64,000 bases of DNA from the human T2T-CHM13v2.0 reference genome, Homo sapiens (GCF_009914755.1 NC_060940.1); one strand, 5' to 3'; shown: positions 45,949 through 59,077, counted from the first letter of the stretch. Translations and numbers: made by a program. The notes: generated by a model not told the origin, from the sequence alone.

Positions 45949-46812
45949 TATATAGTTACATAACTATATAAAATATATAGTTACGTAACTATATAAAATA
46001 TATAGTTACGTAACTATATAAAATATATAGTTACGTAACTATATAAAATATATAGTTACGTAACTATATAAAATATATAGTTACGTAACTATATAAAATA
46101 TATAGTTACGTAACTATATAAAATATATAGTTACGTAACTATATAAAATATATAGTTACGTAACTATATAAAATATATAGTTACGTAACTATATAAAATA
46201 TATAGTTACGTAACTATATAAAATATATAGTTACGTAACTATATAAAATATATAGTTACGTAACTATATAAAATATATAGTTACGTAACTATATAAAATA
46301 TATAGTTACGTAACTATATAAAATATATAGTTACGTAACTATATAAAATATATAGTTACGTAACTATATAAAATATATAGTTACGTAACTATATAAAATA
46401 TATAGTTACGTAACTATATAAAATATATAGTTACGTAACTATATAAAATATATAGTTACGTAACTATATAAAATATATAGTTACGTAACTATAAAATATA
46501 TAGTTACGTAACTATATAAAATATATAGTTACGTAACTATATAAAATATATAGTTACGTAACTATATAAAATATATAGTTACGTAACTATATAAAATATA
46601 TAGTTACGTAACTATATAAAATATATAGTTACGTAACTATATAAAATATATAGTTACGTAACTATATAAAATATATAGTTACGTAACTATATAAAATATA
46701 TAGTTATGTAACTATATAAAATATATAGTTATGTAACTATAAAATATATAGTTATGTAACTATATAAATATATAGTTATGTAACTATATATAAATATAGT
46801 TATGTAACTATA
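45949..46812. repeat. Palindromic 25-bp minisatellite (TATATAGTTACGTAACTATATA-AAA)n, 35 cores
   Basis: Period of 25 read directly: 1 GTTACATAAC core (45955), 29 GTTACGTAAC cores (45980-46687, one 2-nt deletion near 46491), 5 GTTATGTAAC cores (46703-46808). Confidence 0.97.
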
Positions 46813-47156
46813 AATATATAAAAATATATAAATACATTTATATAAATATTTATAAATATATAAATACATTTATATAAATATTTATAAATATATAAATACA
46901 TTTATATAAATATTTATAAATATATAAATACATTTATATAAATATATAAAAATACATATATTTATAAATATATAAAATACATATATTTATAAATATATAA
47001 AAATACATATATAAATATATATAAATACATATATAAAAATACATATATAAATATATAAAAATACATATATATAAATACATATATAAATATGTATATAAAT
47101 ACATATATAAATATAAATACATATATAAATATATATATAAATACACATATATATAT
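46813..47156. repeat. AT-rich low-complexity repeat, including ~3.6 copies of a 32-bp unit (46831-46945)
   Basis: aatacatttatataaatatttataaatatata recurs at 46831, 46863, 46895 and partially at 46927; then degenerate TA/ACAT repeats. Confidence 0.9.
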
Positions 47157-48561
47157 GCAGTGTGGTTGTATCATTCAGATATTAAAGCACCCTGTCCCCA
47201 AATACCCTATTCTCTTCTCCCTTTGTCTTCCCCATAGGTAATCACTATTAGTACTTTCTTGTGTAAATTTGCGAAGTGTCTTTATACAAGTATATGAGAC
47301 TGTATGTTCTTATCCCCATTCCTTCTTACAGAAACGTTAGCTTACTGCATGCTCTGTTCTGCATTTTTTCTTTTTTCCCTTCATGTATCCCAGAGGTCTT
47401 TCCTGAGAGGGATTTTGAGGCTACATCCAGGAGCAGCAAAAAAGATTGTCTCCCTTTATCTGTGATTTTTGCCTTTGTGCCAGAGGGAGCCAGGGCTTGC
47501 CACACATTTACCACCCTGGTGTTGAGGGAGGACAGCCCTGGGCTTTTTGCTAGCTTTTCCAAATCAGCAGTGACTAGTTCTGAGGCTTTGTCCAAGTTAC
47601 TTAATTAACCCTGCAGACCTTCAGGGTCTTTACTGATTGAAGTGAGATTATTGGGGAAGATTAGTGATAATGTAAAGCACCTGACCCATAATAGCCATTC
47701 CCTATTATCTTTTAAAAAGCAGTTTCATGAAATTTAGAGGTGAAGATTTAAAATTACGTTACAAAAATTATGGTGCTAGGTGTTTTCAGGTAATATCATC
47801 AGTGCTTCCTGATAAGTCTTTTTTTCCCCCAAAGTTGTTTCATGAGTAGCTAAGATTCTTTTTGCACATCGAGATAAGAAAACTGAGGCTCAGAGAGACA
47901 CATAATATGCTCGTGAGACCCAGGATGGTTGGCCTGTGGACTCTTACTCTACTGAAGTCTAGGTCAAGGATAGGTAGGTTGGCAAAGGGTAACTGCACAT
48001 CCGGTATCTATTCCTGGTTTGTTCCTGATTTAAACACCAGGGTTTTTGGTTTTGTTTTATTAAACTAGCCCCCAAATAAACAGATGCCAAAGTCATTGTG
48101 TTGGGAAATTGCTCATTAAGGACCCTGTTCCTTATTTCTTAGACCTAAAGATTTCAGACTGAAATCAGTCTTTGGAAACGAAAAACAAATGTATAATATC
48201 GTTGGTCAAACTAATGTTTCTTTCTCAATTCTTTGTGAATCTGAGCAAATAATTAGAACAGCTCATGGTTTTATAAACTTCACTTTTTAAAATGGTGTTA
48301 ATAGGTTGTGTTCTGTATTGGGATTTGGATGTAATTATAAATTGATAATGGGATGTTCTTTCTTGATTGCTCTTCTCGTAAAAATAGAATAGTCTGTTTA
48401 GTAGACTCTTCTTACTTGACCTCAAGTCCCCTTGGAAGGGAGTTATCTATGCTTTTCCTATCTGTTGTGACACCTGGCAGAGTAGTTTGTAAATGTTGGC
48501 AAGTGATGTATACAGGTCTTTCTTAAGATTATCCAGGGAATTGCCCTTTTCTGGAATCTTA

Positions 48562-48961
<400 letters not shown>

Positions 48962-49027
48962 TTAAAAAGTGTACAACTCAATGAATCATCACAAATAGAA
49001 CACACCCAGATGAGGAAACAGAACATT

Positions 49028-49111
49028 ACCAGCGCCCCAGAAATCCTCTTTGTGGTCCTTTCTGGTCACCAGCGCCCCAGAAATCCTCTTTGTGGTCCTT
49101 TCTGGTCACCA
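49028..49111 (+). repeat. Perfect 40-bp tandem duplication
   Basis: accagcgccccagaaatcctctttgtggtcctttctggtc x2 followed by acca. Confidence 0.95.
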
Positions 49112-49807
49112 CCCACTATCAACAAGAGAAACCACTATCTTGACATCCAATATCATAAATTAATTTTGCCTGTTTTTGAACTTTATGTAAATGGAGTCAT
49201 ATAGTATCTACTGTTGTTTCTAGCTGCTTTTATGTAACCTTTTGTATATTATTGCATGTACTTTTAAGCCATTCATTCTCATGGCTAAACAGTATAACTG
49301 CAATTTGTTTATCCATTCTAGTATTGGTGAACCTTTTAGTTTCCAGTTCTTTTATAAATAGTACTATGGTGAGCATTTTTGTGTGTTTTGGTGAGCACAT
49401 ATTTGCATCTCTGTTGGGTACACCTAAGAGGGTAATTGCTGAGCCAGAGGGTATGCATATGTTCAGCATTAGCAGATACTGCCAAACTGTTTTCCAAAAT
49501 GGTTATATTGGAGTACCCTCCCACCAGCAGTATGTGAGAATTCCATTTGTTCCATATCCTTGCCACACTTGATGTTTTCTGTCTTTTTAAATTTAACCAT
49601 TCCAGTGTGTATGTGGAACCTTGTGTTTTTATAGGCCTTTTCCATATAATTTCCTTCAAAATAATGGAAAGTTGATACTTCACATGGACAGACACCTTGT
49701 CCACCCTCTTTATAGGAGACTACACAATGTAAAAGGCATAAGACAGGTTTTGGTATTCAGCAGGCTTTGGGTCCCCAAGCCTGGGCTTCCTCATTATGAA
49801 ATATCAT

Positions 49808-50070
49808 TTTGTTTTTGTTTTTTTTTTTGAAACAGAGTCTCACTCTGTCACCCAGGCTGGAGTGGAATGGCGTGATTCTCGTGCCTCAGCCTCCCGAATA
49901 GCTGGGATTACAGGCATGTGCCACCATGCCTGGTTAATTTTTGTATTTTTAGTAGAGACAGGGTTTCACCATATTGGCCAGGCTGGTCTCGAACTCCTGA
50001 CCTCAAGTGATCTGCCCTCCTCTGTTTCCCAAAGTGCTGTGATTACAGGTGTGAGCCACTGCGTCTGGCC
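49808..50070 (-). mobile_element. AluS, antisense, with internal deletion
   Basis: gcgtgat joined directly to tctcgtgcctcag. Confidence 0.9.
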
Positions 50071-50536
50071 ATGAAATGTCTTCCTTAAAAAACTGTTGTT
50101 ACGTAAGGAATGTAGACTATGTAAAGTGGCCGGCCCAGTGCCTAGCATAGTGTACACAGTCAGCATATTCTAGCATTCTTTGTGCGATTGTTGGTATTTG
50201 GTAAGATACACATTTTTACTTCAATCATTTTAATATGGATCCATCTCTTTTTAAGTGTTTTCCTTGATTTATAAAGTATTGTTAGGAATCAAAAAAATCT
50301 TTGCATATAAATAGAGGAGATAATTAAAGGAGTATGACAATATCTAAAACATTCTTTTCTGGGTACCTTATTGTCAGGAATAAGGTCGTTGGAATACAGA
50401 GTCAGTTAAGAAGACAGCTTCACATAATTTTGAGCTGACCTTAACACTTGAAGGAAAATGTCCAAATTCTGGTAATTTAATATAAAGAGAGGCTCAAAGC
50501 TTTTTTTGTTTGTTTGTTTAGCAAAAAGTAGACTAA

Positions 50537-50941
<405 letters not shown>

Positions 50942-52466
50942 CCCCTAGCAAGTTTTAATAAAGGAAATGATGCTTCAGTAGCATAGAGTCAATTTGGGAA
51001 ATTAATTTCCTTAGGATATCATTGGAAGAAAAAGGTATACTTTTTAGAGGAAAGTAGGAATTGAAAGATTGTTACTAACTCTTTAAGTTGTGATGTGAAT
51101 AAAAATGATGTGCTTTGAAACAAAAATGAGACCCCTGGCTACGAATCCTCACGTCGCAGTTTTTGCATCTGCTCAGCATGAGGAAGAACTTTCCTATTGA
51201 GGCTTGCATGACAGCATGCAGGATTTGAGCAGTTTGGGGAATCTATGATGTACCTTAGCCAACTTTTAAAACAACATTTAAAGGTAAATTTAACCTGAGT
51301 GTAGTCTAGTGGCTGCTTTGTGGTATTAGACATAGTCTATGAACAATCCCTTAATGTATTGTCTGGAACATGACTCAGCAGGAAATCTCACTAGGGAAGC
51401 TAAACTATGGCTTAATAAGTATAGATAATGATGGTAACATTCCACACTATGATATGTAAACAGTGTATGTTGAACATAGTCTCTAATTTTGATAACTCTT
51501 AATACCATATTCCATCACTTCTCAGTCATGCATCTGTTTTACATCTCAACATCTCTCAAATCAGGATATGTCTTAAATTCAGCAGTATATCATTAACAGC
51601 ATTTTAAAATTTCTTATTGATACATAACAGTGTTTTACAATAGGTGGACTATTAGATGAAATGAAATATAGTAGAATATGAACTAACAGTTTGAAAACTG
51701 CAGACCATAGGATTCTGAGCTGTATTTTGTGGCTCCCTGGCAGTTTCCTTGGGGATGGACCCAGTTCACCTGTTAGGGGTTTGAGTAGGAGTTCAGGTAT
51801 AGAAAGTGCTCTGCTGCTCTTTCAAAAAGATTTTTTAAAAACCTCATCTCAACAGGCCCTTGTCTGATCTTGTGCGCTTTTCTGACAGTAGAGGAATGTA
51901 GACCCACTCTGCTGCTCTTCCCCATCCTGCACCCAAACACAACCTGTCAGTGGTGTATACCCTTCCAGTTTCTCCCAGGGGCTTACATGCACATCTGTAT
52001 ATCTTATCGATTTATTATCTCAAATAGTATCATTTTATATATTAGTTCCTATAATTTTGCATTATGTTTTTTGTTTTACATATTTTACAACTTCTCCTAG
52101 GTTAATACACATAGGTGTCTGTCGTTTTTTAGTAGTTCTAATAGTGTTCCAGCCTATGTGTGGCCCAAGTATTCCTCTCATTTTGTCCATGGTCACACAA
52201 TCTTAGTAGGGTTAATAAGGTCACACAGTTAATAGCTGGGTTGCATTTAGGACCCTAGTCCTCTCTGGTCCCTGGTTGGTGTTTTTTTCCCAGTAGTACT
52301 GGACTTTTGCCTACAAATTTTAAAGCTAACTATTGTAAATTAATCACCGTGTTTCCATTTTGCTTACATAAAGCCAAAACATTCCACTTAGAAATTAAAT
52401 TCTTTTCCGTCTGCAGTATCATCATATTTTCTTACTACCCTATATTCATTTTGCTAGGAGTGCTAG

Positions 52467-52850
<384 letters not shown>

Positions 52851-53919
52851 TGAATACACTTTGTACAATAGTAGGTGCTTAATACAAGTTTGCGGTTCCC
52901 TCCTGCCACTTTCGGTCCCCATCCTGTCCTGGAATGGCTGTCTTGGGAACACCATCTACTCTGACGAGACTTTTCTCAGTTTGTGCTCCCAGAGGCTGCT
53001 GTTTTTCCACATATCTGTCTCCAGACTCCTGGGTGAGCTGCTTGTTTTCTTCTAAAAGAAGAAACCCTGTTGTCTTCCCTGCTCTTTTGGTCTCTGGCTC
53101 CCTGCTCCTGTCATCTTGTCCTGTCGTCCTTGCTATGGCTCCGCCAAGCCCCAGTGCAGAGAACCCCAGAGATTGGTGGCTTTCCCAGCCCTCAGGCAGT
53201 CCCTGGCTGTGGAATTCCAGCTAAATATTTGCCGGTTCCTCTGTTCAGGAATGTGCACATACACATCCTCTTGTGGATAATTGACTTTATGTGCGGGGAA
53301 ATAGCGGCTTGGTCAAGGGCAACTGAAGGATAGGTACCTTTGAAAACAAGAGCATTAGGCAAAATTAATTTAAATGGAAATTTGAAGGCTGATACCCAGC
53401 TACTGTTTAAATGGATAATTTTAAAAATTAGGTTTTTAGCACTGGAAAATATTTCTCAAGGCTGCTCATGTATATTTAGCTACAACAACTGTGTCCTTGC
53501 AAAAATGCTTTAGTGCTGTTCTCCTTTTCATTTCCTTGTTTATTCTCCTTGACTAGGTTTCTGGAATTAACAGGCTTAGTGCTGTGTCCTGTAAAAAGAC
53601 TGTGGAATCTCCAGCTTTTGGATAGCTCTGTTTTAGAAAGGTGGCTGTCTTAGAGAACAGTCCTTAATATAGTGTTAATAGGAAGACTCAGAATGAGTCC
53701 AGAAGTATAAAATGCCCTGGCTGGGGGGCTTGGTGGGGGCTTCCATCAAACAAGGAATGTGTATTCATTGTAGAAAAATGAAATGAGACTTTCAGCCTGC
53801 ACAAAGTGAAATACTTTAGGTCATATTTCTGAGGTGTCCATATCTGTCTGTTGTTGTGGAGCGTAGGATTTGCTCCTGTGTTCGTTGTGGTGGTTTCTTT
53901 TTGTTTATAAAGTGATAAC

Positions 53920-54162
53920 AGCTAGTGTTTATTGACCATATCTTGGACACTGTGTTGAAGTCTTCCACTTATTCCTCACAACAGTGCTGTGAGGTAGGGA
54001 TTCATACCGTTTTTCTCCCCATTTAATCTTCATCCCAATCCTATGTGGTGGATACCATTACCACCCCCACTTTACAGCTAAGGAAACTGAGGCTTAAAGG
54101 CAGCAGTATGCTCCAGGTCACATTGTTGTAAGTAGTGGATCCAGGATTTCCAGCTACTACTG

Positions 54163-54207
<45 letters not shown>

Positions 54208-54572
54208 CTGCTGCTGCTGGTGCTGCTGCTGCTACCACTACTACTACTACTACCACTACTACTACTCTCTACTGTTCTGTGATGAATGTTTTTGGAGAGT
54301 TGCCCTGGGCAGCCCTGGCAGGCAGGATAGAGCAGTAGCAAAGAGTACAGAGTGTGGTGCCAGACTGTGGATTCAAGCCACAGCTCCACTGCTTCCTACT
54401 GAAGTGAACTTGGGCAAATTGCTTCGCGTCTCTGTGTGCCTTTGTGTCTTCACCTGTAAGATGGATAAATAAATAAAAGTACCTACTTCATAGGGTTGTG
54501 GAGTTAATAACATGGAAATTCAAATAGTGTTGGCACATAGTAAGTGCTCATTAATAGCTGTTGTTATTATTG
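53920..54572. mobile_element. Two oppositely oriented MIR relics flanking the CTG/CTA repeat
   Basis: cactttacagctaaggaaactgaggct (54068-54094) and aacttgggcaaattgctt...tcacctgtaagatgg...ggcacatagtaagtgctca. Confidence 0.7.
54154..54266 (+). repeat. Compound trinucleotide repeat (CTA)2 CTG CTA (CTG)12 GTG (CTG)5 GTG (CTG)3 CTA CCA (CTA)5 CCA (CTA)3
   Basis: Read directly. Confidence 0.97.
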
Positions 54573-54599
54573 TAACCCAGTGGTTTTTTAAATTAAATC

Positions 54600-55020
54600 T
54601 GTGTTTCAGGTAGGAATGCTTTCAGCTGTGACAGGTGGAAACCTTGAGCTTTAGTAGCTTGAATAGGGGTATATATTTCTCACCTACCAAGATGTCTGCA
54701 GGTGTGGAGAGTGTTGATGTTAATCCAGTTGTTCTGCAGTGCCGTCAGGGACCCAACACCTTTCTGTCCTGGTACACTACCTTCTCTAGCACATCCATCT
54801 ACTTTAGGTTCACAAGATGGCTGCAGGAGCTCTAGACATTATATTTGCATTCAAGGCAGAAAGAAGGGGAGAGAGCTGAAAAGCCATGACAGGCCCCCCG
54901 CCTCAACCCTCCAATCAGTAAAAGCAGAAGCTGTCCCCAAGTATACTAGCAGGCTTGTGTTTCCATCTCATTGGCTAGAACTAGGGTGTGCCATTCCTTG
55001 ATGTAGTAGAGTCTGGAAAA
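54600..55020 (-). mobile_element. Old MLT1 (J/K-like) LTR
   Basis: cacaagatggctgc..gagctctagac, tctcattggctagaact motifs. Confidence 0.6.
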
Positions 55021-55029
55021 GGGTATATT

Positions 55030-55222
55030 CAGTGGTGTATAGGGATCAACACATGAGGACCTGTTGTTAAATTTTCAAGGAATTTGCGGTCTAGTTGATA
55101 TCACCTTGAATAGCTTGAAATCTGCCATGGTGGGAGAATTTAAACCGCAGACACCAGCAATGCTACCCATCGTCCCTTTTCCCAAGAGCTGGCTGTTAAG
55201 AAACATTTACCAGCACACTATT
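55030..55222. mobile_element. MER63-like hAT element
   Basis: agcttgaaatctgccatggtgggag; terminus aaacatttaccagcacact. Confidence 0.65.
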
Positions 55223-55231
55223 GGGTACATT

Positions 55232-55306
55232 TATTCGGTTGGTGCAAAAGTGATTGCCGTTGAAAGTAATGGCAAAACCTGCAATCACTTTTGCATCAAC
55301 CTAATA
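55232..55306. mobile_element. MADE1 (Hsmar1-derived MITE), internally deleted
   Basis: TA-flanked TIRs ggttggtgcaaaagtgattgc / gcaatcacttttgcatcaacc. Confidence 0.9.
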
Positions 55307-55974
55307 ACTCGAAATGCCAGCTTGAAAGGTGGCAGAGTGTAAAGATGTGAGAAGTAGGAATTGGGAGTGATCATTGTGCCAGCCAGCAGCATCTACCCAG
55401 ATCAGTGAACTGTTTAAGCTCTTTTAATACCAGTGATAGCTGGAGATCAGAGCTGAGGGGACCTCTCAAGATCACCTAGGATAGCCCCTTCATTTGACTA
55501 ATGGGAATCTGAGGAGGTGCTTTGCTTCAGAAGCCAAAGCCAGGGAGTGAAGTGGCCCTCCTGGAACCCAGGCATCCTTGACACTCCAGTGTTCATTCTC
55601 CAGAACCAGGGGCTTCAGACTGCCTTTCTGATAACTTCTCTCCCCTCTCTCCCCCTCTCCTGGTGCATGCCCACTGTACTCTTCCTTTTACCAGCTTCAT
55701 AGTGCTGGGAAGCTTGGCTGTTATCTTCCCCATTGGTTTCACAGAAAACCTAGTTTAAACTTTGATTTATTTTAGATTTTAGTGTATGGAACATTCAGCT
55801 TTTTTTTATAAATGAGATAAGCTTAAAGAATTTGATCTCTGCTATGCTACAGTACAAACTAGTCAGTGGGAACTTAAGAATTTACCTAATTTTGATCTGT
55901 ATTTCTTTACAGAAGAAATAAGCTTGGCTAAAGATGAATATTCTTTCTTTAAAAAGACTGAAACTTTTTTCATA

Positions 55975-56293
55975 CACAGTCATACATTGCATATGTGATG
56001 GTGGCTGGCTTCATAAGATTATACCGTATTTTTATGTGCCTTTTCTATATTTAGTTATATTTAAATATATACATACTTACCATTGTGTTACAGTTGCCTA
56101 CAGTATCCAGTATAGTAATATGTTGTACAGGTATGTAGCCTAGGAGCAATAGGCTGTGCATACAACGTAGGTGTGGAGTAGGCTAAACCGTCTAGTGTGT
56201 GTAAGTATACTTTATGAAGTCCACACAATGACGAAATCTCCTAATGATGCATTTCTCAGAACCTATCCTATTTTTAAGTAATATATGACTGTA
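55975..56293. mobile_element. Tigger3a-like DNA transposon
   Basis: cagtcat...atgactgta termini; same internal motifs as 34000-34340. Confidence 0.8.
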
Positions 56294-56966
56294 TTTTTAT
56301 TGCACTCTCCTCTTCAGATTGTAAGCTCTTTGGGGACAGGCTTCGCAGGCTGGGTTGTTTTTGTTCTTAGGGAGATGGATATATGTACAGCTGTGTATGT
56401 GGCAGGCACTTAGCAAATATTTACTGAATGAATGTCCAACTTGCCCTGGTCTCACATCTTCAGATAACAGAAAAGTAATCAGCAGCTGTTGTCTTAGTGT
56501 GGATTCTAGTGTGGAAATGTCTGAATCAGGTGTTTGACTCTATAAACTGCTTTCCCTCAACTGCCTGATATGATTGATGAAAAAGAGGCCCACTGATAAA
56601 AATAATGGCCTCACTAGTGTGAAGACATGGGAAGGGAGGATGAGGTAGAGAGGGGGCTTGAGATTCAAACAGAATGTTGGAAAGATGTACATTTCCAGAA
56701 ACAGTCATTGAGGTATTGATAGGGTTTATGCAGCCCCTCACTCTTTTTTAGTTAATCCAATCTCATGCCTGCTCTCTTCTCATGTGTTCATAGTAAAAGT
56801 TGCATGTTATTGAAATCCCTAAAATCATCACTTTGAGGAATTCTTAACTAGGAAACAGACTTTTCACAGCTCTGTTAAAGACAAGAATATGTTTATGATG
56901 TGATTTGATTTCTTCACATGACTGAATACTGTCCCTAACTGATTCTGAATGTGTATTTATCCACAG

Positions 56967-57041
56967 CCAAGCTACATCAGTGATGTGGGACCCCCTGGTC
57001 GAAGCTCTCTGGATAACATCGAGATGGCCTATGCGCGGCAA
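56967..57041 (+). CDS. NUP93: NUP93 coding exon (probably exon 6), 75 bp, phase 0/0
   Basis: tttatccacag|CCA...CAA|gtgagt; [25 protein letters not shown]. Confidence 0.97.
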
Positions 57042-58612
57042 GTGAGTGTGATTTTAAGGGGGATTAAGCCAGGAAAATCCTTTGTGAACCTCTAGGGAGT
57101 AAAAGGAAACAAAAACTTGTAAAAGTCAAACCCTGAAAGCAAGTTGTATTTTTTCATTTAGAGAACTAGTTAATATTTTAGCATAGGCCACTGGAGAATT
57201 CTATCAAATAGGGTAATAGAATTACTCACATTTGATTTGAGGAAATTGAAATCTGTCCTTTACACTGACCATGGCATCTCAGTATGCATTTTTGGCAATA
57301 GTCCCATGTACAGTAAAGCTTCAGGTAACTGCGCTGCTTAGCAAATGGAGTTCCATATTAACTGAATTACCTGGTAGGCTGTTGGTATTAACAAATCCTT
57401 TTTTCACTCTTTGTTGAAAGAAATTTTCTAAATGCTTTTTTGTCTTAATAAGCATAGTGTATTCACTACTTAATACCACTGTTGTCCTAGAAAAGCTCAT
57501 AATATTTTAGGGGTCATCCTTCTGGTTGTAGATGAGGACCGCCCAATAGTATGGATATGGACTGAGATGCTTTGTGGTAAGCACAGGAATTCTGTTGGAC
57601 TGAAACCACCCTGAGGACCATACATAGCTGGAATTGACTTTTTAAATAAAGCAGTGCCAGCCAACTTTGTGCTTTATTGTAATTTGCTGCTTTCTCCCAC
57701 AAAGTACAAAGAAGGAAAAATATCCTGTTTCTTGAATTGAGGGCAGTGGGCCTCCATCCCCTTAAGATTATCCTCCACCAGCAGTGGTCCAGGAATATCT
57801 GCTCAGCCATTACCACCTCCCAGATTCTTTGAGGGGGGACCCAGGGGTCCCACTTGTGGCCCTCAACATTATCCACCTCATCCTCCTCCAGCCTGGAGTA
57901 GGGTGGTTGGAGACAAAAACAGGGCAGCTATGGAGGTGAGCAGGGGACAGTGAGAAACTGTTAGACCCTGTGCTCTTTAACCAAGGGGTCTGTCTTCAGC
58001 TGCCAGTTATTTAGTCAGTGGCATTCCACATGAATTGAATTACCTGGTTAGCTGATGGTATTATCAGAAGTCCCTCTTTTACCCTTTGTTGAGAGAAATT
58101 TTCTAAATGTCTTTTTGAAAGTCTCTCTCTTTGGGGTGCCATTGCCACGTCAGACTCCAGGCAGCTGAAACCCCCAGCTTCATCACCTTCCCACACATGA
58201 GATCCCTTCCTTCCAACCCCTTTATGTTTTGCCACTGGCCTTCATTTATTTCCTCCTGCTCCAATTTTATACCTCTCTCTTTTTACTCCCCCTGTGCATC
58301 TGTATTCTTTACCCTTCACCTTCATTATATGGCTGACTCCTCTATTGCCATGGAGAGAAGCCTGATGAAATACAGGCTTCTGAGAAGAGAGACTATGTGT
58401 CTTCTACACCTGCAAAGACTAAAGATGTCATTAAACTAACATTTCATAGCACATACAACACCGTAATATTGTGTCTGTTTACACGGCTGTCCTCTCCACT
58501 AAAGAGTGAAGCTTTATATCCCATGTTGAACAGTACCTTGCAAAGGAAGGCCTGTAAGAAATGCTCATTGAGTGAATAAGTACTACGTCATGGTTTAAAA
58601 CCATTTTATTGA

Positions 58613-58917
58613 TTGGTTGGATGATTGATTGAGACGAAGTCTTGCTCTTTCACCCAGGCTGGAGTGCAGTGGTGCGATCTCAGCTCACTGAAGCCTCCAC
58701 CTCTGCCTCCCAGATTCAAGTGATTCTCCTGCCTCAGCCTCCCAAGTAGCTGGGATTATAGGCATGCACCACCACACCAGGCTAATTTTTGTATTTTTAA
58801 TACAGACCAGGGTTTCACCATGTTGGCTAGGCTGGTCTTGAACTTCTGACCTCAGGTGATCCACCTGCCTTGGCCTCCCAAAGTGCTGGGATTAAAGGCT
58901 TCAGCCACTGCACCCAG
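58613..58917 (-). mobile_element. AluSx-like, antisense
   Basis: Reverse-complement Alu with (TTGA/TTGG) tail. Confidence 0.92.
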
Positions 58918-59077
58918 CGAAACCGTTTAATCTTCATAACAGCCCTGGAAGATGAATGATACTGATGTTCCCCCATTTAATGTAGAGGAAACTACAGTTC
59001 AACAGGGTCATGATTTGTCTAACATCACTACTATGGGAGAGCAAAGACTTCATATACAAAGTAGAATCTTCCACAAG

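Noticed and set aside
45949-46812. CRISPR-like array of palindromic repeats
   Set aside because: No unique spacers (only AAA), no cas genes, and a primate intron context; it is a minisatellite.
54041-54389. PolyAla/polySer/polyThr ORFs
   Set aside because: Translation artefacts of the CTG/CTA repeat.
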